64,000 nucleotides of DNA from Leucoraja ocellata (Eukaryota): assembly GCA_036785375.1 (NCBI GenBank), contig JAWMAR010000726.1, positions 372,001-436,000 on the forward strand. Direction: 5' to 3'. The notes under the pieces were generated by a model, which saw only the letters and a program-made list of their open reading frames with translations, did not search any database and was not told where the DNA came from. This document shows positions 48,755-61,700 of the stretch, piece after piece. The stretch's first letter is position 1. Each line of letters starts with the position of its first letter. The position numbers were made by a program, and so were the translations under genes.

Positions 48755-49690
48755 TTAGAATAAAAGGACAAACCTTTAGAAAGGAGATGAGGATTTCTTT
48801 AGCCAGAGGGTGGTGAATCTGTGGAATTCATTGCCACTAATGGCTATGGAGGCCTAGTCATTGGGTATTTTTAAAGCAGAGATTGACGAGTTCTTGATTA
48901 GTAAGCTTGTCAAAGGTCACGGGAAGAAGACAGGAGAATGGAGTTGAGAGGGGAAGATAGATCAGCCACGATGGAATGGTGGAATAGACTTGATGGGCCA
49001 AATTGCCTAATTCTACACCTATGACTAATGAATTTATGAACATATTCGTCCAAACCTTTTCTATCCATGTACCTGTCCAAATGTCTTTTAAAATTGTTAT
49101 TGTACCTGCCTCAAACTTTATTTGATAGCTTTTTCCATATACTGTACCCACCAGCCTCTGCATGAGAAGGTTTCTCCTGGAGGTTTCAATTAAACCTTGC
49201 CCCTCTCACCTTAAACCTATGCCCTCATGTCCTGGACATCCTTACCCTGGGGAAAGAATATGGTTGTTCACTTTATCTGTGCCTCTCATGGTTTTGAACA
49301 CCCCTTTGGTCATTCCTCGGCCCCCCCCACACTCCAGTGAAAAAAAGTCCGAGCCCATCCAGCCCCTCCTTACAACTCAAGCTGTGGAGAACTGGTAACA
49401 TCCCAATTAATTTTTTAATGCTCAATGACATCCTTCCTATAGCAGGGTGACAAAACTGCATAATACTCAAAATGTAGGATATTTCTACAACTAACATGAT
49501 GTCCCAACTCCTGTACTCAATAGCTTTACCAATGAAGGCAAGTGTGCCAAACACCATCTTTCCCACCCTGTCTATCTATACAATTACTTCCAGGGAACTT
49601 TGTATCTATCCCTCTAGGATTCTCTGCCTTGCCATCCTTTCCAGGATCCTATGATTTACAGTTTAAATTCTGCCCTGGTTTGACTTAACA
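48755..49690. mobile_element. Cluster of CR1 fragments on both strands
   Basis: Plus-strand 3' end at 48755-49030 and minus-strand FGTLAFIGKAIEYRSWDIML remnant. Confidence 0.75.
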
Positions 49691-50770
49691 TTCATACAGG
49701 TACATGGATAGGAAAGGTTTATAGGGATACGAGGCAAACAAAGGCAGGTGGGGACTAGTGCTGATGGGGCTCCTTGGTCGGCATGGCAAGCCGGGCTGAG
49801 GGGGCCTGTTTCCGTGCTGTATGACTCTAAGACTAATCCCTTGTAATGATCTGGTTCACTGCAACGATAACTCTTATGCTCTAAATTTCCAGATCTAAGT
49901 TGCACCATGTGCTCCACTCACAGAAATGGGAAAACCAAACAGAATGTTGTCTAATTATTACAACACAGAACAGTACAGCTCAAGAACAGACCCATCAGCC
50001 CACTATGTGTCAAGTATGATGCCAAGGCCAACTATTATCTGCCCACACATAATCTGTTTCCTGCATATCCACATGCCTATCCAAAAGTCTCTTAAACGCC
50101 ACAATCACATCTGCCTCAATCACCACCCCAAGCAGCACGTTACAGGCACTCACCACGATCGGTGTGTTTAAAAACAAATTGTGCTGCACATCTCCTTTAA
50201 ATGTATCACCATGAAGCTATTCGTATTTGAATTTCCTATCCTAGGTAAAAGGTTCTGACTGTCTATCCTCTCTATGCCTCCATAATTTTATATACTTTTA
50301 TCAAGTTCCCCTGCAATCTCCAGCGTTCCAGAGAAAGTTATCAGAACTCGGCGGGTCAGACTGCATCGTGCAGTCTCTTGTGTTTCTGTTGCTTTTTCTT
50401 TTTCACTCCAGCAACCATTCAGAAGTTTAAGTCAGAATAGGACTGAGACGGACAAATGCAGAGATGAGAGAAATTGCAGGGAAATTCAAAGCTTTTAATG
50501 GAAACAGACATTAAAAAAAAATATGGACATAATCACATGAAGACCTAGTGAGTTCAGATTTGTACGGGCAGCTCCTGCCCGGGATGTTCAAACCCATTAA
50601 TTTTAAGTTTAATTTTGAAGTTGGAGAGTCTATGCCCTCTCCTCATTTGCAGCTATTCTCATGGTCAATAGCAATGTCTGTATGTGTTGCTTTATTGAAG
50701 AAATTGAATTTGATTTAATGTATGTCCTCTTATTCTTAAAATATCAATGTATATATTTTCTTCTTCTCAG

Positions 50771-50925
50771 GGTGTGTTCCTCTCGATCCACAACTGACGC
50801 ATAGTCTTGAAGATGGTCGAGATTTTATCCAAGCCTTTCCAAAGAGCGCAGCCTTTGATGCCATTAATAAAATAATGGCAAAGATTTTAAACAATGATAA
50901 TGAATTTTCTGCACACAACACATGA
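50771..50925 (+). CDS. NUBP2: NUBP2 last coding exon
   Basis: (G)CVPLDPQLTHSLEDGRDFIQAFPKSAAFDAINKIMAKILNNDNEFSAHNT*, preceded by a polypyrimidine tract and AG. Confidence 0.92.
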
Positions 50926-50926
50926 A

Positions 50927-51161
50927 TACACAAAGAACTGTAGATGCTGGTTTACTAAAAAAAAAAAGACACAAAGTGCTGGAGTAACCAAGCAGATTAG
51001 GCAGCATCTCTGGAGATCATGAATAGGTGACGTTTTGGGTCGGGACCCTTCATCATACTTCAGTGGAGTCTGAAGAAATATCCCAATCTGAAACGTCACC
51101 TATACATGTTCTCCATATAAACTGCCTGACCCACTGATTTACTCCAGCACTTTGTGTCTTT
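50927..51161. mobile_element. Fold-back Penelope-LTR-derived element directly after the NUBP2 stop codon
   Basis: Inverted arms, with ACATGAA duplicated at 50920-50926 and 51162-51168. Confidence 0.75.
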
Positions 51162-52589
51162 ACATGAACCTAGAAACGAATCTGTCATTTAAGCTTTCAA
51201 GCTTGTTCTACAGTTCAGTGATACTATCGCTGACTTGAGAGCTAATGTCTTTGCCCAAAATCTCGTGATAATAATCTCATGATAATGTATCAAAATCTGT
51301 CACGGCATTTAAAATCAATAATTGACTTGGCACCAGTTGGCATTTGTGGAGGAGTTTTTTGTACCTCCATAATATTTTGAGTGGAGAAGGATATCTTAAC
51401 ACTTGAAAGAACTGCCTTAATTTTCTAGACTGTCCCTGACTCTTAAATCACCAGAAATAGTTTTTGTCTGTCTACATCGGTCAATTCCCCAATAATATCT
51501 TGAAAACAATCATGTTTTCTCATCATTCTTAACTTCCAGGGAATACAATCATTCCTTACTAGCAATAAATATCAAATATTGTTCTTTGTAAAATTTTTAT
51601 TGGACAGCACGAATGGAGGATTGGAGAGCAGAAGCATTTGGATTCCCTGGGATGTAACATTCCTGGGATATAGCAATATGATGATGAATATTTATTCCAG
51701 AAATGGAAATATGTTTTATAAATACTGGAACACAAATATCTTTGTAATGCTGACTGAAAATGTATATTAAAAAATAAATGCTGTGCACCCAGTTAATTTT
51801 ATGAATATGCTTGAAGATCTGTAACTTGAGCTTTGTGGTAAAGACTACAAGACATTCTGTTCTAGGTGCTAACATAAGTGCACGAGGCTTAGCTGTGTTG
51901 CCCTACGAGAGGCTAAATCTGGGAGTTATCTGCTTGCGCAGAATTGGCCTGATATTTTTAACATCGGGTGTATCGCGTAGAACAGTGGTTCAACTAGCAA
52001 TTTGAACTTTTTCAAAATAGCATTTTTAAATTGATATAAACATCAGGCATTAAAGTTATATGGCAATTGATTTCTAATTGCAGGCGCTCCCTGACATACA
52101 TAATAGGTGACATAACGTAAACTGTCACATAAGCAATTCTTTAAGCCCACTGGTTTATTTCCAAGTTGTGTGCCTTGGTGGTCTCTGTAGCAGCACGCTA
52201 CTGCACATGCAGCTGTTTCTGCATGCCAGTCTTGTGGATACTCGTATGTAGTCTCCACGTTGGAGCTTCCCCAGTGATCTCTGTGTCGGAGCTCCCATCG
52301 TGGTCTCCACGTCGGAGCTCTTCCCACCCATTGGTCTTGCACTGGGCCTACACAGTGCAAATAGTAAATTTACGCGTACGCTGTACCACTCCCATTTCGA
52401 CTTGCGTAACATGACTTGCGCAAGGGTCCACGAGATGTAACTCTTGTCGAGGAGCATCCGTAATAGGCTTTCAAGTTAGATTTAATATCACTTTCTATAT
52501 TCAAAACTTTCCTTGATTGAAGCATATGTAAAAATAGCATGTTATTTGGTAGACTACATTGTACATATCTCTTATTAAAAAAATAATAA

Positions 52590-52788
52590 GATCCCACCAC
52601 TGACCACATTTTCCCATCTCCTCCCCTTTCGGCTTTCCGCAGAGACCGCTCCCTCCGTAACTCCCTGGTCAATTCATCCCTTCCCACCCAAATCACCCCC
52701 TCCCCTGGTACAGGAAATGCTACACTTGTCGCTTTACCTCCTCCCTCGACTCCATCCAAGGACCCAAGCAAGCTTTCCAAGTGAGGCA
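52590..52788 (+). mobile_element. Penelope-like element ORF fragment (RT-endonuclease linker)
   Basis: DPTTDHIFPSPPLSAFRRDRSLRNSLV..., then C..C..TSSLDSIQGPKQAFQVR. Confidence 0.75.
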
Positions 52789-52789
52789 A

Positions 52790-53253
52790 TATATGATTAC
52801 AATCGAGCCATTTACAGTGTATCAATATGCGATAAGGGAATAATATTTAGTGCAAGGTAAAGCCAGCAAAGTCCAATCAAGGATAGTCTAAGGGTCACCA
52901 ATGAGATTGATGGTAGTTCAGGACTGTTCTCTGGTTGTGGTAGGATGATTCAGTTGCCTGATAACAGCTGGGAAGAAACTCCCTGAATCTGGAGGTGCGT
53001 TTATACACTTCTATACCTTTGCCTGATGGGAGAAGAGGGAAAGGCCAGGGTGCGACTCGTCCTTGATTATGCTACTGGCCTTGCCAAGGCAGCGTGAGGT
53101 ATAAATTGACTCAATGGAAGGGACTTTGGTTTGTATAATGGTCTGGGCTGCATCTACAATTTGCTGCAATTTCTTGCGGTCTTGGATGGAGCTGTTCCCA
53201 AACCATGCTGTAATTCATCCTGATAAAATGCTTTCTGTGGTGCACCTGTAGAA
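52790..53253 (-). mobile_element. Rex/L2-type LINE 3' end
   Basis: Homologous to 8925-9440. Confidence 0.75.
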
Positions 53254-53428
53254 TTGACGGTGATGGAATTGAATTGAAGGTGTAGCTACTATGGTGTCAT
53301 ATTCCCTGAATGACTGATTACGATTTGAAGGTTGAGTTCCAGTTATGGCTCATTTGCAACTGGTTTCATTTGAAGGAATATTTTGCTGCACTTACGCTAA
53401 TGTATTTGAAAGTGAAGTTTAATTTATT

Positions 53429-53668
53429 TTAGAGATACTGTGCAGAAACAGGCCTTTCAGCCCACCAAGTCCATGCCGACCAGTGATCCCTGTGCACTAG
53501 CATTATCCAACACATTAAGGACAATTTACAATTTTTACCAATGTCAAACCTGTATGTGTTTGGAGTGCGGGAGGAAACCCACGTAGTCACGGGAAGAACA
53601 TACAAACTCTTTACAGACAGCATGATCGAACCCTGGTGCTGTAAAGCAGCAACTCTACCGTACCGCCC
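53429..53668 (-). mobile_element. tRNA-derived SINE
   Basis: Reverse complement of the HE1-like consensus. Confidence 0.8.
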
Positions 53669-53955
53669 TAGGAAGGAAAATAAATCGCCTATGCAGTCCT
53701 CGAGTGGGATTGAAGAAAACTTTGATTTGGCATTGAAATTCATTCTCATGTCTCGGTGAATGAAGAAGCAAAAAGTAAGAATGAAAATTGAGCAACAAAA
53801 GAGGTATCTCACGTTAAAAAGAGGAAATGATGGAAATGCTCAGCAGATTGGGGAGCTTCCATGGAAGGACTGGAGGTGACTTAGCAAAGGAACAATTTTT
53901 CATCGAGGCCAAGTATTAAGACGCAAGGAAAAAAGGAAATTCTGCAATAGTGTAT

Positions 53956-54190
53956 AGGGCCTGTCCCACTTTCACGACCTAATTCACAACCTTTTTTACT
54001 CAACATTTTTCATCAGGCTCGAAAAAACTCCCAGACCTACTTGATGCCACGAGTACCTACGGCTAGCATCAGGGCCTGTTGCGACCTACCTACGACCTCC
54101 TACGACCTCGTGACAACCATGCTGCGAGTATGAGTCAAGGGAAAACTCGGCAAAGGTCGTGAATTAGGTCGTGAAAGTGGGACAGGCCCT
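53956..54190. mobile_element. Harbinger MITE
   Basis: ~33-bp TIR AGGGCCTGTCCCACTTTCACGACCTAATTCAC / GTGAATTAGGTCGTGAAAGTGGGACAGGCCCT. Confidence 0.85.
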
Positions 54191-54266
54191 TTAGACAAGA
54201 TTTTTCTCATTGAATTCCAATGTAAATTTCCATCGAAATTAGATTACAACTAAAAAGTAAAAATGA

Positions 54267-55178
54267 CTAGACTAAGTGGGACCCGTTGGGTCCCAGCATC
54301 ACACGGGAGGGCTGGCAGTTGTCACTTACGGCTGGTGTGCTGGCAGTTCACCCCTCCTCCCTTCACCCCCCCCTCCCCACTCTGCTCCTTGTCATTCACA
54401 CACACACACACAGACTCAGTCACACACACAGACACANNNNNNNNNNNNNNNNNNNNNNNNNNNNNNNNNNNNNNNNNNNNNNNNNNNNNNNNNNNNNNNN
54501 NNNNNNNNNNNNNNNNNNNNNNNNNNNNNNNNNNNNNNNNNNNNNNNNNNNNNNNNNNNNNNNNNNNNNNNNNNNNNNNNNNNNNNNNNNNNNNNNNNNN
54601 NNNNGACTCATACACGCACACATACACACACACACACTCAGACTCATTCACTCACCCACACTCACCCAATACTAAAATGCCAAGTAACTTCAGAACGTGT
54701 TGAATATACAGTGTGTAAAATGAATATTTAAAGCCTCCTGTAGAGGTTGCTGGTGATGAAGCAAAACCGTGCTTTAAATAACGTCCAACAAAAACACTCA
54801 CCAGGGACAGAGCATTTTAGAACCACATTAAGGGCACTCACCGTGAAGTAGATGTGCGTTCAGTGTTATTCGCAGCTCAGAGAGCCGTGACCCTCTCGCT
54901 TCCACCACCTCGCAAAGACTGAATGAGGCACGACACTTCCGGGTTTTATAGTCCCTCCCCCCTGCCGCCAGCGGGGGCAGCAGAGAGAATGGCGATAAAA
55001 AAAAACATTAATAGCTCCCTGATTTTTCATCGATGGAAAAAATTCTCCGGTCCAGTCCGGCGGAGGGGTACTCTTGAGTGAGGTGGCCAAAAATGACAGC
55101 TGTAAGTGGCGGCGTTCTCTCGGAAATTACAGCACGGTAAGTCAAAAGCGGTCAAAATCAGACTTTTAGTAATATAGA
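54267..55178 (-). mobile_element. Non-autonomous Helitron containing a CA microsatellite and a 168-N gap (54437-54604)
   Basis: Minus strand: A|TCTATATTACTAAAAG ... GGGACCC-AAC-GGGTCCC hairpin, then ACTTAGTCTAG|T. This gives 5'-TC, 3'-CTAG and an A-T target with no TSD. Confidence 0.85.
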
Positions 55179-56549
55179 TATGTGTTATTATTTTTCTGCA
55201 GAATATTGGTCTTGAATAGGTTAAATTATCCGTTATATCTCTTCCTTGAACTCTGGATGATCTTGTAGTGGTTCTGCCTCCCCTTCCACCTTCCCCATTC
55301 CTTCCTCCAACTTCACAATTTGCAACTTTTCTATCCTTGAGCTTCACAATTTGCAACTCTATCCGTTTGGCTCACATCTGTTTTTTTTTTTTCATCTCTG
55401 GCTTTCCTTCAACAATCTGTCTATCAACCCCCCTACCCCCTTCCCCTTGCCTGTGTTCCCCTATTACTGCCCCTCTCTTCCAACTTTATCCTATACTCTG
55501 CAATCAGTCACAGGAAGGGTCCCGACCCAAAACATCATCTATCCATTCTCCAGAGATGTTGCCTGACCCACTGAGTTACTCTGGCACTTTATGTCTTTCT
55601 TTGATAAGCCAGCATGTGCTGTTCCTCATTCTTAACTTATCCCTTGATTTTTTTTTGTTGCAGTGATGTTAAGATCCATGGGTGTATTGGTGTCTTTTTC
55701 ACTATGTTCAAACCTTACTCCATAATCTAATTTCTGGGACCTCTCTGTTAAGGATGAGACTACAAACGATCTGGAACTTCCAAAAGACGACAAATGGGAA
55801 AAATTAGGCAAAACAGTAAGTGGATGGGGAATTTAGATTTTAATTAAATTCTGAGCTTTATTCTGTTTCAAAATTGAAGCAAAGACCAATGCAATCGGCA
55901 CGACCCTTTGTCAAAAAGCAAAGATCTCATACATATTTTTACACATACACATGAAAGATAACAATTCTGTTCAAAATTTTCACAAAACTCCACTTAATAA
56001 ATAATTTAGACATCTAAATTTGTAATGCGGCTGAAATTTGCTTTTAGATTTAGTGGAAGTATAGGCTTAAAACTGAATTTTTAAAAATGAAATAATGTGT
56101 AATTTCCTTTGTGTGTCACTAATAGGTGTGTTTAGTTTTGGAGTAACTTAAGTATCACCGATGATTTGATTTCTGATTTACAACTTCATGGGAATGTCAT
56201 AGATTACTTCCATGGATCTTTTCTTTCTTTGCTCAATACTGCTCTTTTAGTCGTCTGCCATCCTACCACTGACCCACTCTTTTGACTTTCTCGGCATCTT
56301 AAAACTCATTTAGTTAAGGTTTTCCAGTGTTAATAAAAGGCAAAATCCTGCAGTGTTGCCTCCATGATTCTACAAATGTTCTCTGACATGCATAGCACAT
56401 CCAACACTTCCTCCTTTTATTTAAGGTTTCTAGTATTTCACAGTATTTTGATCTAGTAACGCATTTTGATTCATAATTAGAACAATTTAGCAATTTTTCT
56501 GAGAACTTAGAACAACACAGGAACCACAATTTCTATGCCGAACATCTCC

Positions 56550-57660
56550 TGTCTGCATGTGATCAACATCCCTCCATTCCCTGTATATCCATATACATAT
56601 CCTAAAGCCTCATACATGCCGCTATTGTATCTGTCTCCATCACCACCTTCAGGTAGTACTTTCCAGGAACCCACCACTGTGTTTTAATAAAAACCTGTCC
56701 TGCACTTCTACTTTAAACTTTGCCACGCTCATATTAAAGCCATGCCTTCTCGTCCTTGACATTTCCATCCTGGCGGAAAGAGGTTCTGATTATCTATGTA
56801 TGCCCCATAATTTTATATGCTTATACCAAGTCTTCCCTCAGCCTCTGATGTTGCAGAATAAAACAGTGCAAGCCGGACCAATCTCTCTTTATAGCTGATA
56901 CCCTTGAATACAGGCAGCATTCTGGTAAACCTCTTCTGCACCTTCTCCAAAGCCTCCACATCCTTCCTGTTAGGGCTGACCATAATTGTACACAATAAGC
57001 TATACAGCATGTAACCGCATCAGCAATACTCTAAATGCGGCCTAGCAAAGTTATATAATCATACTAGACCAAGTGCAGACCCGTTGGGTCTGTTCCCCCA
57101 ACGTGCGGTTGTGGGGGGGGCACGCAGCGTCACACACACTAACTATCCCCCCCCGCACTCACGTTAATTACCCCCTTGATATTATATTACGTGACCCTCT
57201 GCCTTCCTCCAGCTTGCAGGCACTGATTGAGGCACACCACTTCCTGGTTTTATAGTCCCTCCCCCTGCCAACAGCAGGGGCAGCAGAGAGAATGGGGAAT
57301 TTTGTAAAATCATTAATATCTCTGTCATTTTTCATCGACGGGAAAAATCCTCAGCACACATACGGCGGAGGGGGGCTCTGAGCAAGGTGGCCAAAAATGA
57401 CGGCCGTAGGTGGCAGCGTTCTCTCGGAAATCGCAGCACAGATGGCCAAAACCGGTCAAGAACAGACTTTTAGTAATATAGATATAGCTGGAACATGACT
57501 TCCTGCCTCTTGTACTCAATGCCCTGATCTATGACAGCAAATATGCCATGCGCCTTCTTTACATCGCTATCTACTTGTGTTGCCACTTTCATGGAGTTGT
57601 GCACTTGGACCCCAAATTCCCTCTGTTTACCAATGCAGTTAAAGGTCTTGCCTTTAACTT
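56550..57660 (-). mobile_element. CR1 LINE fragment split by a Helitron
   Basis: VKKAHGIFAVIDQGIEYKRQEVMFQLY continues as RKDVEALEKVQKRFTRMLP on the other side of the insert. Confidence 0.8.
57064..57482 (-). mobile_element. Non-autonomous Helitron
   Basis: A|TCTATATTACTAAAAG ... CAGACCC-AAC-GGGTCTG hairpin, then CACTTGGTCTAG|T. Confidence 0.85.
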
Positions 57661-57927
57661 GAGTCATTGAGCCATAGAGTGATACTTGCCCACACTGGCC
57701 AACATGCCTGCATTTGGTCCCTATCACTGCAAACCTATCCTATCCTGTACAATTTCCCCTAAAGTGCAATACTTCGCATTTGCTTGGATTAAACTCCATC
57801 TGCCATTTCTCCGCACATTTTGTAGCTAATCTATATCCCGCTCTATACTTAACAATCGTGCACAACTCTCAACTTACTAAACTAAACCCATCTTCATTTA
57901 CGCCTAGGTCATTTAGATATATTTAAC

Positions 57928-58592
57928 AAAGAAAGCGAATGATATGTTGGCTTTCATAGCAAAAGGATTTGAGTATAGGAGCAGGGAGGTTCTACTGCAG
58001 TTGTACAGGGTCTTGGTGAGACCACACCTGGAGTATTGCGTACAGTTTTGGTCTCCAAAACTGAGGAAGGACATTCTTGCCATAGAGGCAGTACAGAGAA
58101 GGTTCACCAGACTGATTCCTGGGATGTCAGGACTGTCTTATGAAGAAAGACTGGATAGACTTGGTTTATACTCTCTAGAATTTAGGAGATTGAGAGGGGA
58201 TCTTATAGAAACTTACAAAATTCTTAAGGGGTTGGACAGGCTAGATGCAGGAAGATTGTTCCCGATGTTGGGGAAGTCCAGGACAAGGGGTCACAGCTTA
58301 AGGATAAGGGGAAAATCCTTTAGAACCGAGATGAGGAGAACTTTTTTCACACAGAGAGTGGTGAATCTCTGGAACTCTCTGCCACAGAGAGTAGTTGAGG
58401 CCAGTTCATTGGCTATATTTAAGAGGGAGTTAGATGTGGCCCTTGTGGCCAAAGGGATCAGAGGGTATGGAGAGAAGGCAGGTACGGGATACTGAGTTGG
58501 ATGATCAGCCATGATCATATTGAATGGCGGTGCAGGCTCGAAGGGCCGAATGGCCTACTCCTGCACCTAATTTCTATGTTTCTATATTTCTA
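57928..58592 (+). mobile_element. Young 5'-truncated CR1 LINE with an uninterrupted ORF2 C-terminus
   Basis: 183-aa [41 protein letters not shown]..., intact 3' UTR and TTCTATGT-type tail. Confidence 0.95.
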
Positions 58593-59055
58593 TTCAGCGG
58601 AGTTCCCATCACAGATCCTTGCAGAACACTTTTTCTTGCATTCCTACTGACACATCCACCAGTTCCAATTCCGTTTCTGGTTCACCTAACAAGTAAAATC
58701 ATTTCCCTGATCACTGTGAAAACTATGTAGCACTTGTACTTCTTTTATTTTGCTTAATGTTCAAGTCAGTGCATTTACTGTTATTTTAGACCGGCCAGCT
58801 AAACATTATTTGCAGAAACAATCATATTAAGCTTATTTACTTACTCGTTCACTGAGCCAAGCCAAAAAGAAATATTATCATGATAATAAATTGCACTGGC
58901 CAGAATTGTCTGGCATGTATTCCTTAACTAATATTTTATTTATTGTTGTTGTAGTAGTATATAGTATGTGCTTGTGAGAGATACAGCAATCATGATATAG
59001 CTATTTGAATAATATGTGTAATAATTGTAGGCAGGCTCACATAGTGCACTTGACT

Positions 59056-60869
59056 TTAGCAGTTAACAAAATAGTCCTCACTAATGTCTCTCAGGTCTGT
59101 ACTAGCAATAGCTTGCGGGCTTGCACATGAGATGTTATTGTATGTATACACCGTTGTATGACTTTCATCTTTTTCTATGGTTGATTGAAAGTAGCGGGGT
59201 ACCACTTGGGGGTTCTCCAAACAGTAATCCCTGAGAAACTTCAGCAAGCAGTCGCAATGCCACTTGTTTCCATCCAGTAGCAACTGTTCGAGTTCTGATG
59301 ACTGTTTCAAAAATTGGACGGAGAAGTTCCTTAGACAATTGCTCTCGAGGTTCAGGTATTTTAACCTGGTCAGAGGCTTAAAAGTATGATTGTAGAAAAA
59401 CTCAATAAAGTTTTCCGATAAATCAAGCCAGGACAGTTGCTGGAGGGGCTGAAAGGTGACGTCGGGAATGTGTGCAAGTTTATTGCTCTTTAACAGAAGA
59501 TATTCCAGCTTTGATATTCCTGTAAACGCATGGGGGGAGAGCTGTATCAGTTTATTGTACCTGAAATCCAGTTCCAAAAGCTCTCGTAGATCACTGAGGC
59601 TCCGGTTATCAATAACTGAAATATGATTCTTTTGCAAGAAGAGTCTTCGAAGGCTGATCAATCCAGAAAATGTGTTTGGTAAAATTCTAGTGATTGCATT
59701 ATTTTCTAAATGCAAGCTATGAAGATGAGGCAGACCTTTAAAGGTATATTCTGGTAAGTTCCTTAGAGAGTTGCTCGATAGATTCAGTACAGCTACATCG
59801 CAAAGACCAACAAATGCCCCTGGTTTAATCTCCTGTATCTGATTGTTATTCAGTGTGAGGATCTCCAAATGGACCAGGCCATCAAATATATTTTCAGGAA
59901 GGCTTTTGATCTTGTTGGAACCAAATTGGAGTTCCTGCAGAAACTGGAGTTCTTTGAATGTCCTGTGCTTTAAGCCTGTGATGGAATTGTTGAGCATTCG
60001 AAGCACATGGAGGTTTAGGAGCCCAGAGAATGTTTCTTCGTGTAATATGGCAATGCGATTGTGGGACAAGTCCAACCACCTGAGAGATTTCATCCCCATG
60101 AAAGCTCTGGGCACGATGGTGCTGATTTGATTGTAGCTCAAATAAAGTTTCTGAAGCTTTTGCAGTTTCACAAAGATGTTCCTCTTTATGATCCTCAGCA
60201 AGTTTCCAGACAGGTCAAGTTCCTTCAGTTCTGTCAAGCTGCTAAAAAGTTGTGGCTGCAGGTAAATCAACCTATTTCCGGCCAAAATAAGCTCCTTTAA
60301 CTGGGACAAGTTATGAAAGCTTGCCGTGGGCAGCACAGCAAGGTTATTCCAACCCAGGTTCAGGTACCAGAGATGGGCGAGGACAGAAAATAATGCTTCC
60401 TCGATTTTGCCAAAATTGTTGTTGTTCAGACTAAGCGAGCCAAGAAACGGAGTGTGAAGAAACACATTTGGTGCCAGACTTTTCAGTTTGTTCCTTTCTA
60501 AATGGAGGTGAACTAGATGGTTCAGGCCGTAGAAGGCATGTGGCTCGATGGTAACGATATGGCCTTTCTCCAGGTTCAGGAAGTCCAGATTTGACATGTT
60601 TCTGAACATATGGGATGGAAGAACTGTGAAGTTGTTGCAATCAAACCAAATGGTTTTGGTGTTAATCGGTACATCTTTGGGAATGCTGGTAAGATTATGG
60701 GAACTGCAATAGACATTCAATTCTTCACTGTAGTCATCAAAAATGCAGGTGCACATTCGAGGACATGAGACATTTTCGTTATATGTTTGCCCCTCTGGTA
60801 GTAACTCTGATTTTGTTCCCAGCGGTGAAATGAATCTCAGACAAGCAATAACCAAGACAAAGCAAGTTT
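59056..60869 (-). CDS. IGFALS: IGF-binding protein acid-labile subunit, main coding exon
   Basis: T-tract + CAG acceptor at 60870. Hydrophobic signal segment, LRRNT (CPRMCTC), ~20 LRRs, LRRCT (GNKWHCDCLLK), ending DLRDISEDYFVNC*. Syntenic position after NUBP2. Confidence 0.95.
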
Positions 60870-60902
60870 CTGAAAAAAAAAAATGCAATGTTATATTCTC
60901 AT

Positions 60903-61700
60903 CCAAAGATAGGCACCAAGTGCTGGAGTCAGTCAGTGGGTCAGGCGACATCGCTGTAGAATAAGGATAGGTGACTTTTTTCGGTCGGGACCCTTCTTCA
61001 GACTGAACGTAGGGGGTGGAGGGTGGGGTGAGGGGGTGAAGAGCAAGAGGTGAGAAAAGATCAGGACCAGCTACACAGATCAGGGCGGCACGGTGGCACA
61101 GCAGTAGAGTTGCTGCCTTACAGCGCTTGTAGCGCGGGAGACCCGGGTTCAATCCCGACTACGGGTGCTGTCTGTGCGGAATTTGTACATTCTCCCTGTG
61201 ACCGCGTGGGTTTTCTCCGAGATCTTCGGTTTCCTCCCACACTCCAAAGACGTAAGGTTTGTATGTTAATTAGCTTGGTGTATGTGTAAAATTGTCCCTA
61301 GTGTGTATAGGATAGTGTTAATGTGCGGGGGTCGCTGGTTGGTGCAGACTCAGTGGGCTGAAGGGCCTGTTTCCGCGCTGTATCTAAACTAAACTAACCA
61401 AATGACCTCAGGCAGGGTGGTGCCCTGGTGGGCTCATTGTTGGTCAGGGAAGGTAAGATCTGAAGAGGGATACAATGTGGAGAGCTGAGGAACTAGTTAA
61501 ATGACTAGGGGGAGGAAGGGGGAGAGGGGAGAGGGCAGGGTAGACGTTACTTAGCAAATTAGCAAATTCAGCATTCATACCGCTGGGTTGTAAGTTGCCC
61601 AAGCGAAATATGAGGTGCTGTTCCTCCAATTTGCATGTGGCCTCACTCTCTGTGGAGGAGGCCCAGGACAGAAAGGTCAGAATGGGAAGGGGATTTGGAA
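60903..61700 (-). mobile_element. Penelope-like element 3' end (GIY-YIG C-terminus plus pLTR), split by a SINE
   Basis: EATCKLEEQHLIFRLGNLQPSGMNAEF is followed on the same strand by the pLTR, which contains CTGAAGAAGGGTCCCGACCGAAA at ~60980-61001. Confidence 0.8.
61083..61397 (+). mobile_element. Full-length tRNA-derived SINE (HE1/V-SINE-like)
   Basis: A box GGTGGCACAGCAGTAG, B box GGTTCAATCCC, CR1-like tail and (CTAAA)n. Confidence 0.9.

Noticed and set aside
60870-61152. N-terminal ~94 aa of the 698-aa ORF as part of IGFALS
   Set aside because: It runs through a SINE and a Penelope LTR upstream of a strong T-tract/CAG acceptor, so it is intronic read-through.
61083-61160. tRNA gene
   Set aside because: The tRNA-like head continues into a SINE body and tail, and there are many diverged copies.
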